A DNA stretch of 64,000 nucleotides. Source: Pecten maximus (Eukaryota). Within the stretch, counting starts at the first letter, position 1. Each line of letters starts with the position of its first letter. This document shows, piece after piece, positions 34,401-49,400 of this stretch. A program made the translations under genes and the position numbers. Location of the stretch: positions 3,658,001-3,722,000 of the forward strand of contig NC_047023.1 in assembly GCF_902652985.1 (NCBI RefSeq), given 5' to 3'. Below the pieces are notes generated by a model. The model did not search any database. It saw only the letters and a program-made list of their open reading frames with translations, and had not been told where the DNA came from.

Positions 34401-37400
34401 TAATAAACTAGGCTACAGTGATGCTAAACTTTCATTAATAAGACTGATATCTTTAATACTTCTTACCAAATTTTCATCTGTATATTTTTGTAACGAAAAA
34501 ATAAAATGAATTTTGAAAGCTACACTTTGTGAAATGTATATTCTTAAAGGACAAAAAGTAAAACAAAAATATTTGTCTTCTGTATGTGATTGTAGACTGA
34601 AGATGTAAAGATGAGGAGAGTATGTTGCGGTGTACAAGCAGTGTAGTGTATAGCAGCATGTACTACCCATTCTCGTCGTCAGATCTTGTATATAGATACA
34701 ACCAAAGCCAATACTTGATTTATGCAGCTATTTCAGTCGCTATTGAGAACAGAACACTGTAAGGCTCAAATATCAAAGATATTTGTTAGAGATGGCTGAC
34801 GTTAACAGAAAGATTGGCTGCAGAAAAAGAACAGGGATATGTAAAATTTTAGTTTTACTTCCATCTTTATAGATCTCTGACAGATTCGAGTGAGATACGA
34901 GTTGGTGTTCAGGTGTAAAGGATCTGGGATAGAATCACACAGCTCTACTGTCTACTCACTAAACTCCCGATAGCTATTGTTTATAAATGATGGAAATTAG
35001 TGAAAATGTTTCAATTTAAGTGTAAATTAACTGTTATCAGAATTTAGCAGAACAGACAGTAGATGTGGTTAGTGTAACCCATAACACTAGCATACTTACT
35101 GGAAAACAGGAAGGCCAAAAACAAAGTGGGAGAAAACATTTAACAGGTGAAACACCCGACCAATACATGGTGCATAGATTGACAGTGTATTTGTGTGTGA
35201 GGGACACATGGTGTATAGATTGACAGTGTATTTGTGTGAGGGACACATTGTGCATAGATTGACAGTGTATGTGTGTGAGTAACATGGTGTATAGATTGAC
35301 AGTGTATGTATGTGTGAGTAACATGGTGTATAGATTGACAGTGTATGTGTGTGTGAGTAACATGGTGCATAGATTGACATTGTATTTGTGTGGGAGTAAC
35401 ATGGTGCATAGATTGACAGTGTATTTGTGTGTGAGGGACACATGGTGTATAGATTGACAGTGTATGTGTGTGTGAGACATGGTGTATAGATTGACAGTGT
35501 ATTTGTGTGTGAGACATGGTGTATAGATTGACAGTGTATGTGTGTGAGTAACATGGTGTATAGATTGACAGTGTATTTGTGTGTGAGACATGGTGTATAG
35601 ATTGACAGTGTATGTGTGTGAGGGACACATGGTGTATAGATTGACAGTGTATTTGTGTGAGGGACACATGGTGTATAGATTGACAGTGTATTTGTGTGAG
35701 GGACACATGGTGTATAGATTGACAGTGTATTTGTGTGAGGGACACATGGTGTATAGATTGACAGTGTATTTGTGTGAGGGACACATGGTGCATATATTGA
35801 CAGTGTATTTGTGTGAGGGACACATTGTGCATAGATTGACAGTGTATGTGTGTGAGTAACATGGTGTATAGATTGACAGTGTATGTGTGTGTGAGTAACA
35901 TGGTGTATAGATTGACAGTGTATGTGTGTGTGAGTAACATGGTGTATAGATTGACAGTGTATTTGTGTGTGAGTAACATGGTGCATAGATTGACAGTGTA
36001 TGTGTGTGAGGGACACATGGTGTATAGAATGATATTTTGTTTACTAAATAGTTGTTTGTACACAACATTTAAAAACCCCGTCACAGTCTTCATGTTAGTA
36101 AATATCTATTTCTAACCTCGCGCCTTTGATCACGTGATGTTCTTGACCAATGGTAATACGTCAGGGGATAGCGCCACCTGCATTCATTTTCAAGCAGCGT
36201 GATTATTTGTAGCAGGGTGCGTTCCCAGTACCTAATTATCATCCTTAACACTTTATCATTGGCACTGTTTCCTTAATTAGACCTCCATCAGAAGGATGTA
36301 GTTCTTGCATCTGTCTCATTCACAGACGCAGAATCTAGTGCTCCTTTAAATACTATCTCACTTTATAGTATTAGGTATGTTTTTCCTCTCTTTTTCAGCT
36401 TTATTCCATACGTGATATAACCTTTCAATCATTTGAACTCTTGTCATTACTTGGTTTATCTGCAAGCTTTATACCAGTTACTGTGCCACTGACCACATTT
36501 AACTTCTTAATGTCTCATTTTAGAGCATATGATAATTATGTGTGTATATATGTAATACGGTGCATTAATTTCTATAGGCAAATTTGTGCTTAGTTGTACT
36601 GATTATAATCAATAATTTTCTAGTTCATCATCGATTCACTTTATCTACACTCTTAAAAATATTACATTGTCATATCCTTCTTGCACATAATTTCTTTCTT
36701 GGGGGCTCTCATTCGGTTACTTTATTGTAACCTCTTCGATTTGGCCTTTTAAATTCGGGGAATTTCTTGCCCCCAATTCATTATATCATATTTTGTGTAT
36801 TTATTTCTTATGTAGATGATATGCTTGGGATCGCCCAAGCTCGGGGGTCGCCCCATCTGAAACAGTCTTAGCAGAACTGCCTGCTTTTTAGCTACCAACT
36901 GCTTACTCTGTGGCTTGAGGTCGCTCAAGCTAGGTTTCTCTCCTCTCTATTAGTCATAGCTAGCTAAGCTATGATCGCTCTAGCTTGGGGGTTGCATGCC
37001 CCTATAGTATAATTAGTATCTTAATTGTTTAGGTGTATCTTTTGAGTAGCGAGTAAAAATTTATTATGTAATATTGTTAGTTGATGTTATTTAGTTGTAA
37101 GAATGAGCAGCCCCTAAGAATGCCAAAACCTTTAGATAATATTTAATATGAGCCTGAACAAGTTATTGGTTCCATTCAATAAATTTTTGACTTTCATACT
37201 GTTTTGGTGTGTTGTGTATAAATTGACAGTGTATGTGTGCGAGTAACATGGTGTATAGATTGACAGTGTATGTGTGTGTGAGTAACATGGTGTATAGATT
37301 GACAGTGTATGTGTGTGTGAGTAACATGGTGTATAGATTGACAGTGTATTTGTGTGTGAGACATGGTGTATAGATTGACAGTGTATGTGTGTGAGTAACA

Positions 37401-40400
37401 TGGTGTATAGATTGACAGTGTATTTGTGTGTGAGTAACATGGTGTATAGATTGACAGTGTATTTGTGTGTGAGACATGGTGTATAGATTGACAGTGTATT
37501 TGTGTGTAAGTAACATGGTGCATAGATTGACAGTGTATTTGTGTGTGAGTAACATGGTGTATAGATTGACAGTGTATTTGTGTGTGAGACATGGTGTATA
37601 TATTGACAGTGTATGTGTGTGAGTAACATGGTGTATAGATTGACAGTGTATTTGTGTGTGACACATGGTGTATAGATTGACAGTGTATTTGTGTGTGAGT
37701 AACATGGTGCATAGATTGACAGTGTATTTGTGTGTAAGTAACATGGTGTATAGATTGACAGTGTATTTGTGTGTGAGTAACATGGTGTATAGATTGACAG
37801 TGTATTTGTGTGTGAGACATGGTGTATAGATTGACAGTGTATTTGTGTGTGAGTAACATGGTGCATAGATTGACAGTGTATTTGTGTGTAAGTAACATGG
37901 TGTATAGATTGACAGTGTATTTGTGTGTGAGTAACATGGTGTATAGATTGACATTGTATTTGTGTGTGAGTAACATGGTGTATAGATTGACAGTGTATTT
38001 GTGTGTGAGACATGGTGTATAGATTGACAGTGTATTTGTGTGTGAGTAACATGGTGTATAGATTGACAGTGTATGTGTGTGTGAGTAACATGGTGTATAG
38101 ATTGACAGTGTATTTGTGTGTGAGACATGGTGTATAGATTGACAGTGTATGTGTGTGAGTAACATGGTGTATAGATTGACAGTGTATTTGTGTGTGAGTA
38201 ACATGGTGTATAGATTGACAGTGTATTTGTGTGAGTAACATGGTGTATAGATTGACAGTGTATGTGTGTGTGAGTAACATGGTGTATAGATTGACAGTGT
38301 AATTGTGTGTGAGACATGGTGTATAGATTGACAGTGTATTTGTGTGTGAGTAACATGGTGTATAGATTGACAGTGTATTTGTGTGAGTAACATGGTGTAT
38401 AGATTGACAGTGTATGTGTGTGTGAGTAACATGGTGTATAGATTGACAGTGTAATTGTGTGTGAGACATGGTGTATAGATTGACAGTGTATTTGTGTGTG
38501 AGTAACATGGTGTATAGATTGACAGTGTATTTGTGTGTGAGTAACATGGTGTATAGATTGACAGTGTATTTGTGTGTGAGTAACATGGTGTATAGATTGA
38601 CAGTGTATGTGTGTGTGAGTAACATGGTGTATAGATTGACAGTGTATTTGTGTGTGAGACATGGTGTATAGATTGACAGTGTATGTGTGTGAGTAACATG
38701 GTGTATAGATTGATATTGTATTTGTGTGAGTAACATGGTGTATAGATTGACAGTGTATGTGTGTGTGAGTAACATGGTGTATAGATTGACAGTGTAATTG
38801 TGTGTGAGACATGGTGTATAGATTGACAGTGTATTTGTGTGTGAGTAACATGGTGTATAGATTGACAGTGTATGTGTGTGAGTAACATGGTGTATAGATT
38901 GACAGTGTATGTGTGTGTGAGTAACATGGTGTATAGATTGACAGTGTATTTGTGTGTGAGTAACATGGTGTATAGATTGACAGTGTATGTGTGTGTGAGT
39001 AACATGGTGTATAGATTGACAGTGTATTTGTGTGTGAGACATGGTGTATAGATTGACAGTGTATGTGTGTGAGTAACATGGTGTATAGATTGATATTGTA
39101 TTTGTGTGTGAGTAACATGGTGTATAGATTGACAGTGTATTTGTGTGTGAGTAACATGGTGTATAGATTGACAGTGTATTTGTGTGTGAGTAACATGGTG
39201 TATAGATTGACAGTGTATGTGTGTGAGGGACACATGGTGCATATATTGACAGTGTATTTGTGTGCGAGTAACATGGTTTATAGATTGACAGTGTATTTGT
39301 GTGTGAGTAACATGGTGTATAGATTGACAGTGTATTTGTGTGTGAGTAACATGGTGTATAGATTGACAGTGTATTTGTGTGTGAGTAACATGGTGTATAG
39401 ATTGACAGTGTATGTGTGTGAGTAACATGGTGTATAGATTGACAGTGTATTTGTGTGTGAGTAACATGGTGTATAGATTGACAGTGTATGTGTGCGAGTA
39501 ACATGGTGTATAGATTGACAGTGTATTTGTGTGGGAGTAACATGGTGTGTTGTTTGACAGTGTATTTGTGTGTGAGTAACATGGTGTATAGATTGACAGT
39601 GTATTTGTGTGTGAGTAACATGGTGTATAGATTGACAGTGTATTTGTGTGTGAGTAACATGGTGTATAGATTGACAGTGTATTTGTGTGGGAGTAACATG
39701 GTGCATAGATTGACATTGTATTTGTGTGGGAGTAACATGGTGCATAGATTGACAGTGTATGTGTGCGAGTAACATGGTGTATAGATTGACAGTGTATGTG
39801 TGCGAGTAACATGGTTTATAGATTGACAGTGTATTTGTGTGTGAGTAACATGGTGTATAGATTGACAGTGTATGTGTGTGGGAGTAACATGGTGTATAGA
39901 TTGACAGTGTATTTGTGTGTGAGACATGGTGTATAGATTGACAGTGTATTTGTGTGAGGGACACATTGTGCATAGATTGACAGTGTATGTGTGTGAGTAA
40001 CATGGTGTATAGATTGACAGTGTATGTGTGTGTGAGTAACATGGTGTATAGATTGACAGTGTATGTGTGTGTGAGTAACATGGTGTATAGATTGACAGTG
40101 TATTTGTGTGTGAGTAACATGGTGCATAGATTGACAGTGTATGTGTGTGAGGGACACATGGTGTATAGATTGACAGTGTATTTGTGTGAGGGACACATGG
40201 TGTATAGATTGACAGTGTATTTGTGTAGGAGTAACATGGTGTATAGATTGACAGTGTATTTGTGTGTGAGACATGGTGTATAGATTGACAGTGTATTTGT
40301 GTGTGAGTAACATGGTGTATAGATTGACAGTGTATTTGTGTGTGAGTAACATGGTGTATAGATTGACAGTGTATTTGTGTGTGAGACATGGTGTATAGAT

Positions 40401-43400
40401 TGACAGTGTATTTGTGTGTGACACATGGTGTTGTTTGACAGTGTATGTGTTAGAGACACATGGTGTGTTGTTTGACAGTGTATGTGTTAGAGACACATGG
40501 TGTGTTGTTTGACAGTGTATGTGTTAGAGACACATGGTGTGTTGTTTGACAGTGTATGTGTGTGTGAGACACATGGTGTGTTGTTTGACAGTGTATGTGT
40601 TAGAGACACATGGTGTGTTGTTTGACAGTGTATGTGTTAGAGACACATGGTGTGTTGTTTGACAGTGTATGTGTGAGAGACACATGGTGTGTTGTTTGAC
40701 AGTGTATGTGTGTGCGAGACACATGGTGTGTTGTTTGACAGTGTATGTGTGTGAGAGACACATGGTGTGTTGTTTGACAGTGTATGTGTTAGAGACACAT
40801 GGTGTTGTTTGACAGTGTATGTGTTAGAGACACATGGTGTGTTGTTTGTGTATGTGTGACATATATATTATCAATATGTTTGATATAAACATGTTCTGCT
40901 GTGAAGTCATTCTATCTGGTTGATTTCAAACTGCTCATCAACAGTAACTATATCATTATATTCCTAGCTATAATTTATGTTCCCCTTATTTTCTAATCAG
41001 ATCATTAGCCAATTCCTGAATCATAATTCTCACCAAAGGATATCAAAGTGTTATTCAAAACTTCAAAATCCTAAATATTATGCCTCCAAAGGACATTTAA
41101 TATCCTCTACAAACTAAAAAGCTTAATTGTTCCCATTATTTTCTGTTACTAGGTTACCATGGCTGATTAAACAGCAATAAGCTGAAGCAACGACATAAAC
41201 AGTGTATGTTGAAAGTTTACAACACTTAAATCAAACTTCAGTATAAATCAAGGCCCCGCCTCCTCAAACAAATGTCCATTCAGACTTTACCCTCCTTCAA
41301 AAAATTCACTGCCAAAAAGATTCTGTTTTGATTGAAAATTAATTCTAAAAAAAAAAATCAAGTTCTGGGAAACATCAATATATTAACATTATCTTTAGTT
41401 TATTCCCAATTACAATGAATTTGAAATCATAAGAAAAACTGATAATGGGAAAGTAAAACTGTCTTTCAGTTTTTATCATGAAATTGACCATGATATTATA
41501 ACAAACATAATTTTTTATTTTGATATTTGATTAATGATATTATAACAAACTAAGGCAAAGACAAATTTTGAAGGAAACTGACAACTGAACTAGAATTTGT
41601 TGAAGAAAACAGTGCCAGGTAGAAACACTTCTATTTGTTCAGGTTAAGAGTTCAATAGACCATCGAATCACACTTCATCCTTTACACACACAAACACACA
41701 TGCTACATTTGTGATCATCATATAGCCTCTGTCCTGTGTCAGGAAACGAAGAAAGAGATTGGTTTACCTGGGAGTTCAAAGGTCAGAGCATACTCCTCCT
41801 GATCTTCAAAGTCATCAGCTGTATCGTATGTACTGTCCATGTCATCCGTACTTAGAACCTCGTCATCAGAACTCAGGTGACGACATTCCAAATTTGGTAA
41901 ATTGGACGTAAGGTTATCTCTGCAAACGAGTAATCAGTCGCTATATAACTGTGAACATGAGGACTGATCGAGTTGATGTTGTGAACTGTCAAAGTTTGAC
42001 AGAGGATATAATACAAATTCTGGGTAAAATTGTCTATATCTAGCATGGCTGGCTATGAGGATACAGTAAAATCAAAATGATGGTATATATAAAGTACATC
42101 TTTATGTAAAATGATGGTACATAAAAAGCACATATTTATGCACGTACAGTCAAACTTCATTATCTTGAACTCTGAACTCGAAGGGTGTGCTTATATACAA
42201 ATTCTTTTTAAGATATACTCGTCTTCCTCAGGATATCTCAAAGATTTTTTCGTGACCCCACTGACTTATTAAGATAAAATATAATTAATGATCTTAGGTT
42301 CCATTGTATACAGGAGAGACAAAAATTGTTAATGTGATTTTGATGTTGATACCCACTTTTCCTTTTTGATGGATCGAATGTGTGAGCGAAGTGCCATCTC
42401 CTCGGCGTGTGTCATCCCGTCGAGGGACTCGGTACTGGTCACGGAGGCTCCAGACACTCGCTTCTTCTCTTCTATTGGACTCTGTAGGAAGGTCATAACC
42501 ATCAGTTTTATTTTCTAAGTCAGATTAACTTTTGTTAAAATAGTCCGATATCTTATTATGTGGGTTACAATGTAATTTTTGAATGTTGTTATTTTTCACA
42601 TATTAATTGGAAGAAAGAAGACATTCAGCTGTATGCACAGATTGGTCATTGATAAATTCATCTTCTGTCTTTTATTACTAACCCTGACCAAACAGAGACA
42701 GTCTATAGGCCTACCTTCCTCATGCTGGCCCTGACAACATTGAGCCGGTCTGTAGCCGTCTCCGCGGCAGTTTCCAGTGTACTGATGTCTTCCAGTGTGG
42801 ATTTCAACTTATACAACTGTTCTTGTATGATATGGTTGATCACCCTACACAGAGAAACCCAGAATTCTTATTTAGTCAATTCTAACAACACATGATTATA
42901 AATCTTTTGATACAAACTTATGACAATGGAATTAAACAAAACATTATCTTTTGTTCTGAAGACACAGGCAAAAAACAAAACAGGGTAATCACAAAGATGA
43001 AAGTAGAATCTTATTTTGCCAAATTGAATAAAAATTGGAATTTTTATAAAATGCAAAAGGAATGTGTATAGTTAATGCAAAATTGTTCTTACTTGGTCTG
43101 CCTTGGAACCTGACTAAGGGAGTCTTGTGCTTGTAGGTTTTTGCTTGTCCGCAGGAGACATGGGGCAAATATAATGGACAGTCCGGAAACAGACATTTTA
43201 TTGAAGGCCTCGTGGTGAGCCACCCTGTAAAACAGTCAACATATTCATGTTAACAAGCTGGGAACTGTAAATTTTTTGTTTTAAGAAAGTCATGTCCAAG
43301 CTAGAGTTTTATAACTTTCTGTAGTCTCACTGTTACAGTATATAAGTCCTATGTCTGCACAGTTACAGGTATCAGACGTCATAAAAACTATCTAAATCAC

Positions 43401-46400
43401 TCAGGAATACAGTGAAATAAATCACTCAGGAGTACAGTGAAATAAATCACTCAGGAATACAGTGAAATAAATCACTCAGGAATACAGTGAAATAAATCAC
43501 TCGGGAATACAGTGAAATAAATCACTCGGGAATACAGTGAAATAAATCACTCCGGAATACAGTGAAATAAATCACTCGGGAATACAGTGAAATAAATCAC
43601 TCAGGAATACAGTGAAATAAATCACTCAGGAATACATAGAGGTTACACAATGAGTGGTTGTTGGATATGGAATTTATTTCACACGAGTAAGTTATTTTTT
43701 AAAAGTTACAAAAGACACGAGCTTTAGCGAGTGTTTTTTGCAACTTTTAAAAAATAACTTACTCGTGTGAAATAAATTCCATATCCAACAATTTCGAGTC
43801 ATGTGACCGGTTTCTACCACAATAATATCGGCTTGAATCAAAGGGAAACGTGGCCAAGTACAATTTTGCGTATGCAAATAAAGTGTACCGGTGACGTCCG
43901 GGACCCGGTGATGTGACGTCATTAGATTATTGATGACGTCAATAACAATTGCAGCTTTGGTCAAAGTTCACCGTGTTAGCCAATCAAAATGCGTACAGAG
44001 TTTATACCACGTGTGGTATAAACAGATTGTTAATCAACAGCTGTAATGATTACCTGATGGTCTGAGAGTTGAATAACACAGGGTATTGTGGTATAAAGTG
44101 AAATAAATAACTCAGGAACAGTGAAATAAATAACTCGGGAATACAGTAAAATAAATCACTCAGGAATACAGTGAAATAAATCACTCAGGAATACAGTGAA
44201 ATAAATCACTCAGGAATACAGTGAAATAAATCACTCAGGAATACAGTGAAATAAATCACTCAGGAATACAGTGAAATAAATCACTCAGGAATACAGTGAA
44301 ATAAATCACTCAGGAATACAGTGAAATAAATAACTCGGGAATACAGTGAAATCATTGACAGTGGTTAAAATGTCTCAGCACTTTCTGTCTTAGTGTAAAG
44401 TACCTCTTTTTTTTTTACTTTTGTAGAAGCATTGGTATAAGATGTACAGACTTTGATGAAATAATACCTGGCCAGGTGAAAGATAAGCCTCTCAAACAAG
44501 TCGTAGTTGGCCTTGGGTAGTTTTTCTATAACAGCATACAGGGACTGGATCCTTTCCTTCTCATCCTGGATATCTGTTACACAGAAAGTACACGTTATAT
44601 CTCAACAACCCTACACACAGAAAGTAAACTTAATATATCAACAACCCTACACACAGAAAGCAAACTTAATATATCAACAACCCTACACAGAAAGTAAACT
44701 TAATATATCAACAACCCTACACAGAAAGTAAACTTAATATATCAACAACCCTACACACAGAAAGTAAACTTAATATCTCAACAACCCTACACACAGAAAG
44801 TACATGTTATATCTCAACAACCCTACACACAGAAAGCAAAGTTAATATATCAACAACCCTACACACAGAAAGTAAACTTAATATCTCAACAACCCTACAC
44901 AGAAAGTAAACTTAATATATCAACAACCCTACACAGAAAGTAAACTTAATATGTCAACAACCCCACACACAGAAAGTAAACTTAATATCTCAACAACCCT
45001 ACACACAGAAAGTAAACTTAATATATCAACAACCCTACACACAGAAAGTAAACTTAATATCTCAACAACCCCACACACAGAAAGTAAACTTAATATCTCA
45101 ACAACCCTACACACAGAAAGTAAACTTAATATATCAACAACCCTACACACAGAAAGTAAACTTAATATCTCAACAACCCTACACACAGAAAGTAAACTTA
45201 ATATATCAACAACCCCACACACAGAAAGTAAACTTAATATCTCAACAACCCCACACACAGAAAGTACATGTTATATCTCAACAACCCCACACACAGAAAG
45301 TAAACTTAATATATCAACAACCCTACACACAGAAAGTAAACTTAATATCTCAACAACCCTACACACAGAAAGTACATGTTATATCTCAACAACCCCCCAC
45401 ACAGAAAGTAAACTTAATATATCAACAACCCTACACACAGAAAGCAAAGTTAATATCTCAACAACCCCACACACAGAAAGTAAACTTAATATATCAACAA
45501 CCCCACACACAGAAAGTAAACTTAATATCTCAACAACCCTACACACAGAAAGCAAAGTTAATATCTCAACAACCCCACACACAGAAAGTACATGTTATAT
45601 CTCAACAACCCTACACACAGAAAGTAAACTTAATATATCAACAACCCTACACACAGAAAGATACACTTAATATATCAACAACCCCACACACAGAAAGTAC
45701 AAATTATATCTCAACAACCCTACACAGAAAGTACATGTTATATCTCAACAACCCCACACACAGAAAGCAAAGTTAATATCTCAACAACCCCACACACAGA
45801 AAGATACACTTAATATATCAACAACCCCACACACAGAAAGATACACTGTCCAAAACCCTTTTACCAGGATATTCTTGTAAAAAGAATGTTAGCACCATAA
45901 TGTCTAGGTGGCCTGTCATGGTTACCAAGATAGTATTTCAAGAACCGTGATGGGCATTAGTTACAGAAATTTCTTGGTGAAGCATTAGAATTATCACTGA
46001 TAGCATATCTATTATTGAAAAACTATATCATACATTTTTATATAACTTACCTGTTGTTCTAATGAAATCATCATAAAGGTCAAAGGTCAGTAGAGGTTCA
46101 GGTAGTTCTACAAAGTACTTCTTTAGTGTGGAGGCTAGAGTGTGAATGTTAAACTCCACAAGGTCTATATCTGTCAAATCTGAAAAAATACAAAATATAA
46201 GAACCTCAGAAGGTCAACTTCGGTCAAATTTGAAAAAATGGTCAATATATGTGAATCATGAAAACTTACAATGAACACAGAACCATTATACAAAATCTTC
46301 ATAAATATAAATTGATTTGTGAATATTGTTTCAAAGGAAAACCCCAAACAAAAAGCAAAAATGGCTGAAATCTCAACCTTTCAGTGCCAAAAGATTAACA

Positions 46401-49400
46401 TTAAATGTCAGCTTACCTTCCTTTCCACAGTCAAGGTTCTGTTTGAGAAGCTTGACCTTGGCATTAGCACCACTCTTTCGGTAAACACCTACAGTATACA
46501 GGCCGTGTAGTTCTACCAAGTTGATCAGCTTTCCTATTATCACAGGTATCTTTTCTTTGTCCGAGACAAGAGCAGCTAGCGGAGCACCAAAAACACACCT
46601 GGACGTACCAGCCTGGAAAATCATAAGGCAATTAAAGTCATTACAGATATTTGTATACTGTAGAATTGTCAGAACAATGTATTTCCAAAACTGCAAACTA
46701 CGTATTCAATTGAAAAATCATGAACGGAAAGAGGACATCTCAATATTGCCTTTTATACATTATGTAGTTACTTTACATTAACTGGTAAAAAAAGCTGAAT
46801 CAATGATAAAAAAAAGTTTAATACCTTGCAAAAAGAGAGATAAGTTGTTTATCTGTCCGAACCACCAAATCACCTCAACATTCTAGTCCGGCTATAAAGT
46901 CTATTTTATCTTTTATTTACTATTTTTCATTTTTTTTTTACTCTAAGAATCCTATTTGGCCTCCTGTGATTTGTGATTAAATACAGTGAGTATAGAGAGT
47001 GTACAGAAGGGTCGTGTGTAAGATATAATATCTTGTGAAACTCTCTACGTTACCTTTATCAACATAACATTATAGTGTGAAAGTAAAAATGGTGTGCACC
47101 CTTGTGTAGACATAAAATCTGATACAAAACTTTTACAGGTGGCCAATTAATGCTCGAACAGAAAGAGGCAAATGTTTTAAAATTGTGATTTGGACTACAA
47201 CACTGAAGCTACCCAGTATCTACAATACTGTATATCTAAATTCTGTCACATATCCACTCCAAAATGTTAAATTTAGTCAAATTTCCAGCATGGAGACATA
47301 TTGCAGTTTATGGTAAAATAAACACACTGCAAGCTACACAAATTAGGGATATATCACCCTGAAACACTAATCAATACCTGTTGTAAATTAAGCTTTAAAT
47401 TCAGAAATGATCTCAAAAATCAACATTTTTGTTCTATTTTCTTTCATTAAAAGGACATTTTTGTATTATGGTTACTACTATAACAGTGCATGGTTTGATA
47501 ATATTATGATAATTTAACAGGTCAGTCTAAAATAAATGGAAAATGAAAGTAACAATGCTAACAGTGGTTTGATATTGTTAAGATATTTTGATAAGTCAGT
47601 GTAAAATAAATGTAAAATATAAATAACAATGCTAACAGTGGTTTGGTATTGTTAAGATATTTTGATTGGTCAATGTAAAATAAATGGAAAATGAAAGTAA
47701 TAATGCTATAAGTGGTTTGATATTATTAATATATTTTGGAAGGTCAATGTAAAATATATTGAAATTCACGATACATTTACATTGGACACGTGTGTACAAT
47801 ATGGGTACAGGAAAACAGCAATATAAGAAAGGGGTGCACACGAGGGCTGCGAGAATGACGTAACAGTTAGCACGTTAAACACTGAGTGATATTTACCACC
47901 GACAACAAAAGTAACACCGTGCTGGTGCTATACACTAAATCTGTGTAATCAGTGAGACCGAACTGTGGAAATAATTCCAGATGATATTTATTAATATTAA
48001 AAATACTTAATAATGAAGCAGAATAGGTTTTTCAATCACAATTACATCACAAAGGTAATAAAAAGGAAATCAACTTAAGCAGCTAGGATTGAGAAAAAAA
48101 AACAAAAGCAAAAAAATCAATATTAAAAAAATAGCAATAAAATCAAACAAGTGCTTGCTTTTGCAACATAATTATGATAAAGGGAACCTCATCTACAGAC
48201 TTACACAATATAAAAGTGGTAACCTTTACCACGAAGCATTGATCTAATTTCAGTGATCTATTTTTGTCACAAGATACATCCAACACCAAGGTCACATGCA
48301 ATCTGTGGTGTGGGACCATCATAATCCTCCATTATACCAACACACTCTTGTTTAATAGTTCTCAGATTATGCTTAATTTGTTCCAACTTGAGCTGTGTTT
48401 CCCCAGAATACAAATTTGAATTTAAAGATTTCCATGATTAAAGAAGACCTACAAGTTGTTTAATCACAAAATGGTAGGATGTATACGATTGGTGATGAAA
48501 GACGATGAACAAATTAAATGATCTTAGCGGAGAAGAAAATCTAAGCAAAAAAAAATATCATCACAGCGGTCAAACAAACTGAAAAGAAAAGAAATGTTAG
48601 CAACTGAAATGACAACATCAAAGTCGTGGATGATATATATCCAGGTAAATATAACTCACAAACAGACCGGTCAAGTGCTCCCCTAAGCCTGAATGAAAGC
48701 AGCAATTGAACTGATCCCAACGGTAGTACTGTCAAGCACAGGAACGAAGATAGACCAATCACACAAACATGGTTAGGTACGATTGTCATGTGACAGGAAC
48801 CAATCACATTGCATCGACTACACATAAACATAGCAAATACTTTAAAAACTTATGGTGAAAAAGTTTCCCCCTCGGCTGATCTAGAAGTATAGTTCCATGA
48901 AATCTGAGACGGAACCACATTATACGATACTCTACTGGTAAAGATTGATCAAAAACAGATATAATTCTATATTTAGAATTTATAAAAAACTGAGTGCAGC
49001 TACAATCTCCTAATAAAGTATTTGCTAGGTTTATCTACATTGTGGGCACACAGTCAAGTATTGTACACAGAAACCAGGACTAAAACAAAAAAACTTTCCA
49101 ACAATCTGTCCATATTTCTTTTTCTCTGAAAACTATAAATTTTTTGGGATTTAAATTAATTTTGATTGTACTAATTGGGTTAAGCGACTAAATATTTGTT
49201 AGGTTTGCAGTGGACAAACTCTCTTGTGACCTCGACAAGTAACAACATTAATAGGTGCGTATTCAGCAAACCAATAACAACCTCGGCCATAAGGTTTAGG
49301 CGAAGGACAAGGGACTGAACCCTATGTCCTGTAGGAACTTTTGTGGTGGACGATTCAACCGTGTCAGTCTGAAAAATCATGTACATAAAGATTCATCTAA

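Noticed and set aside
34860-34973. Possible alternative MYO9 exon in the 13-kb last intron
   Set aside because: Phase-1 reading stops after 9 codons, the acceptor is weak, and there is no homology cue.
35037-40763. Very long His/Thr/Cys-rich ORFs (up to 1085 aa)
   Set aside because: They are open in all three frames of a stop-poor minisatellite strand, with constant frame switching between unit-length variants. They lie in a MYO9 intron and are not credible genes.
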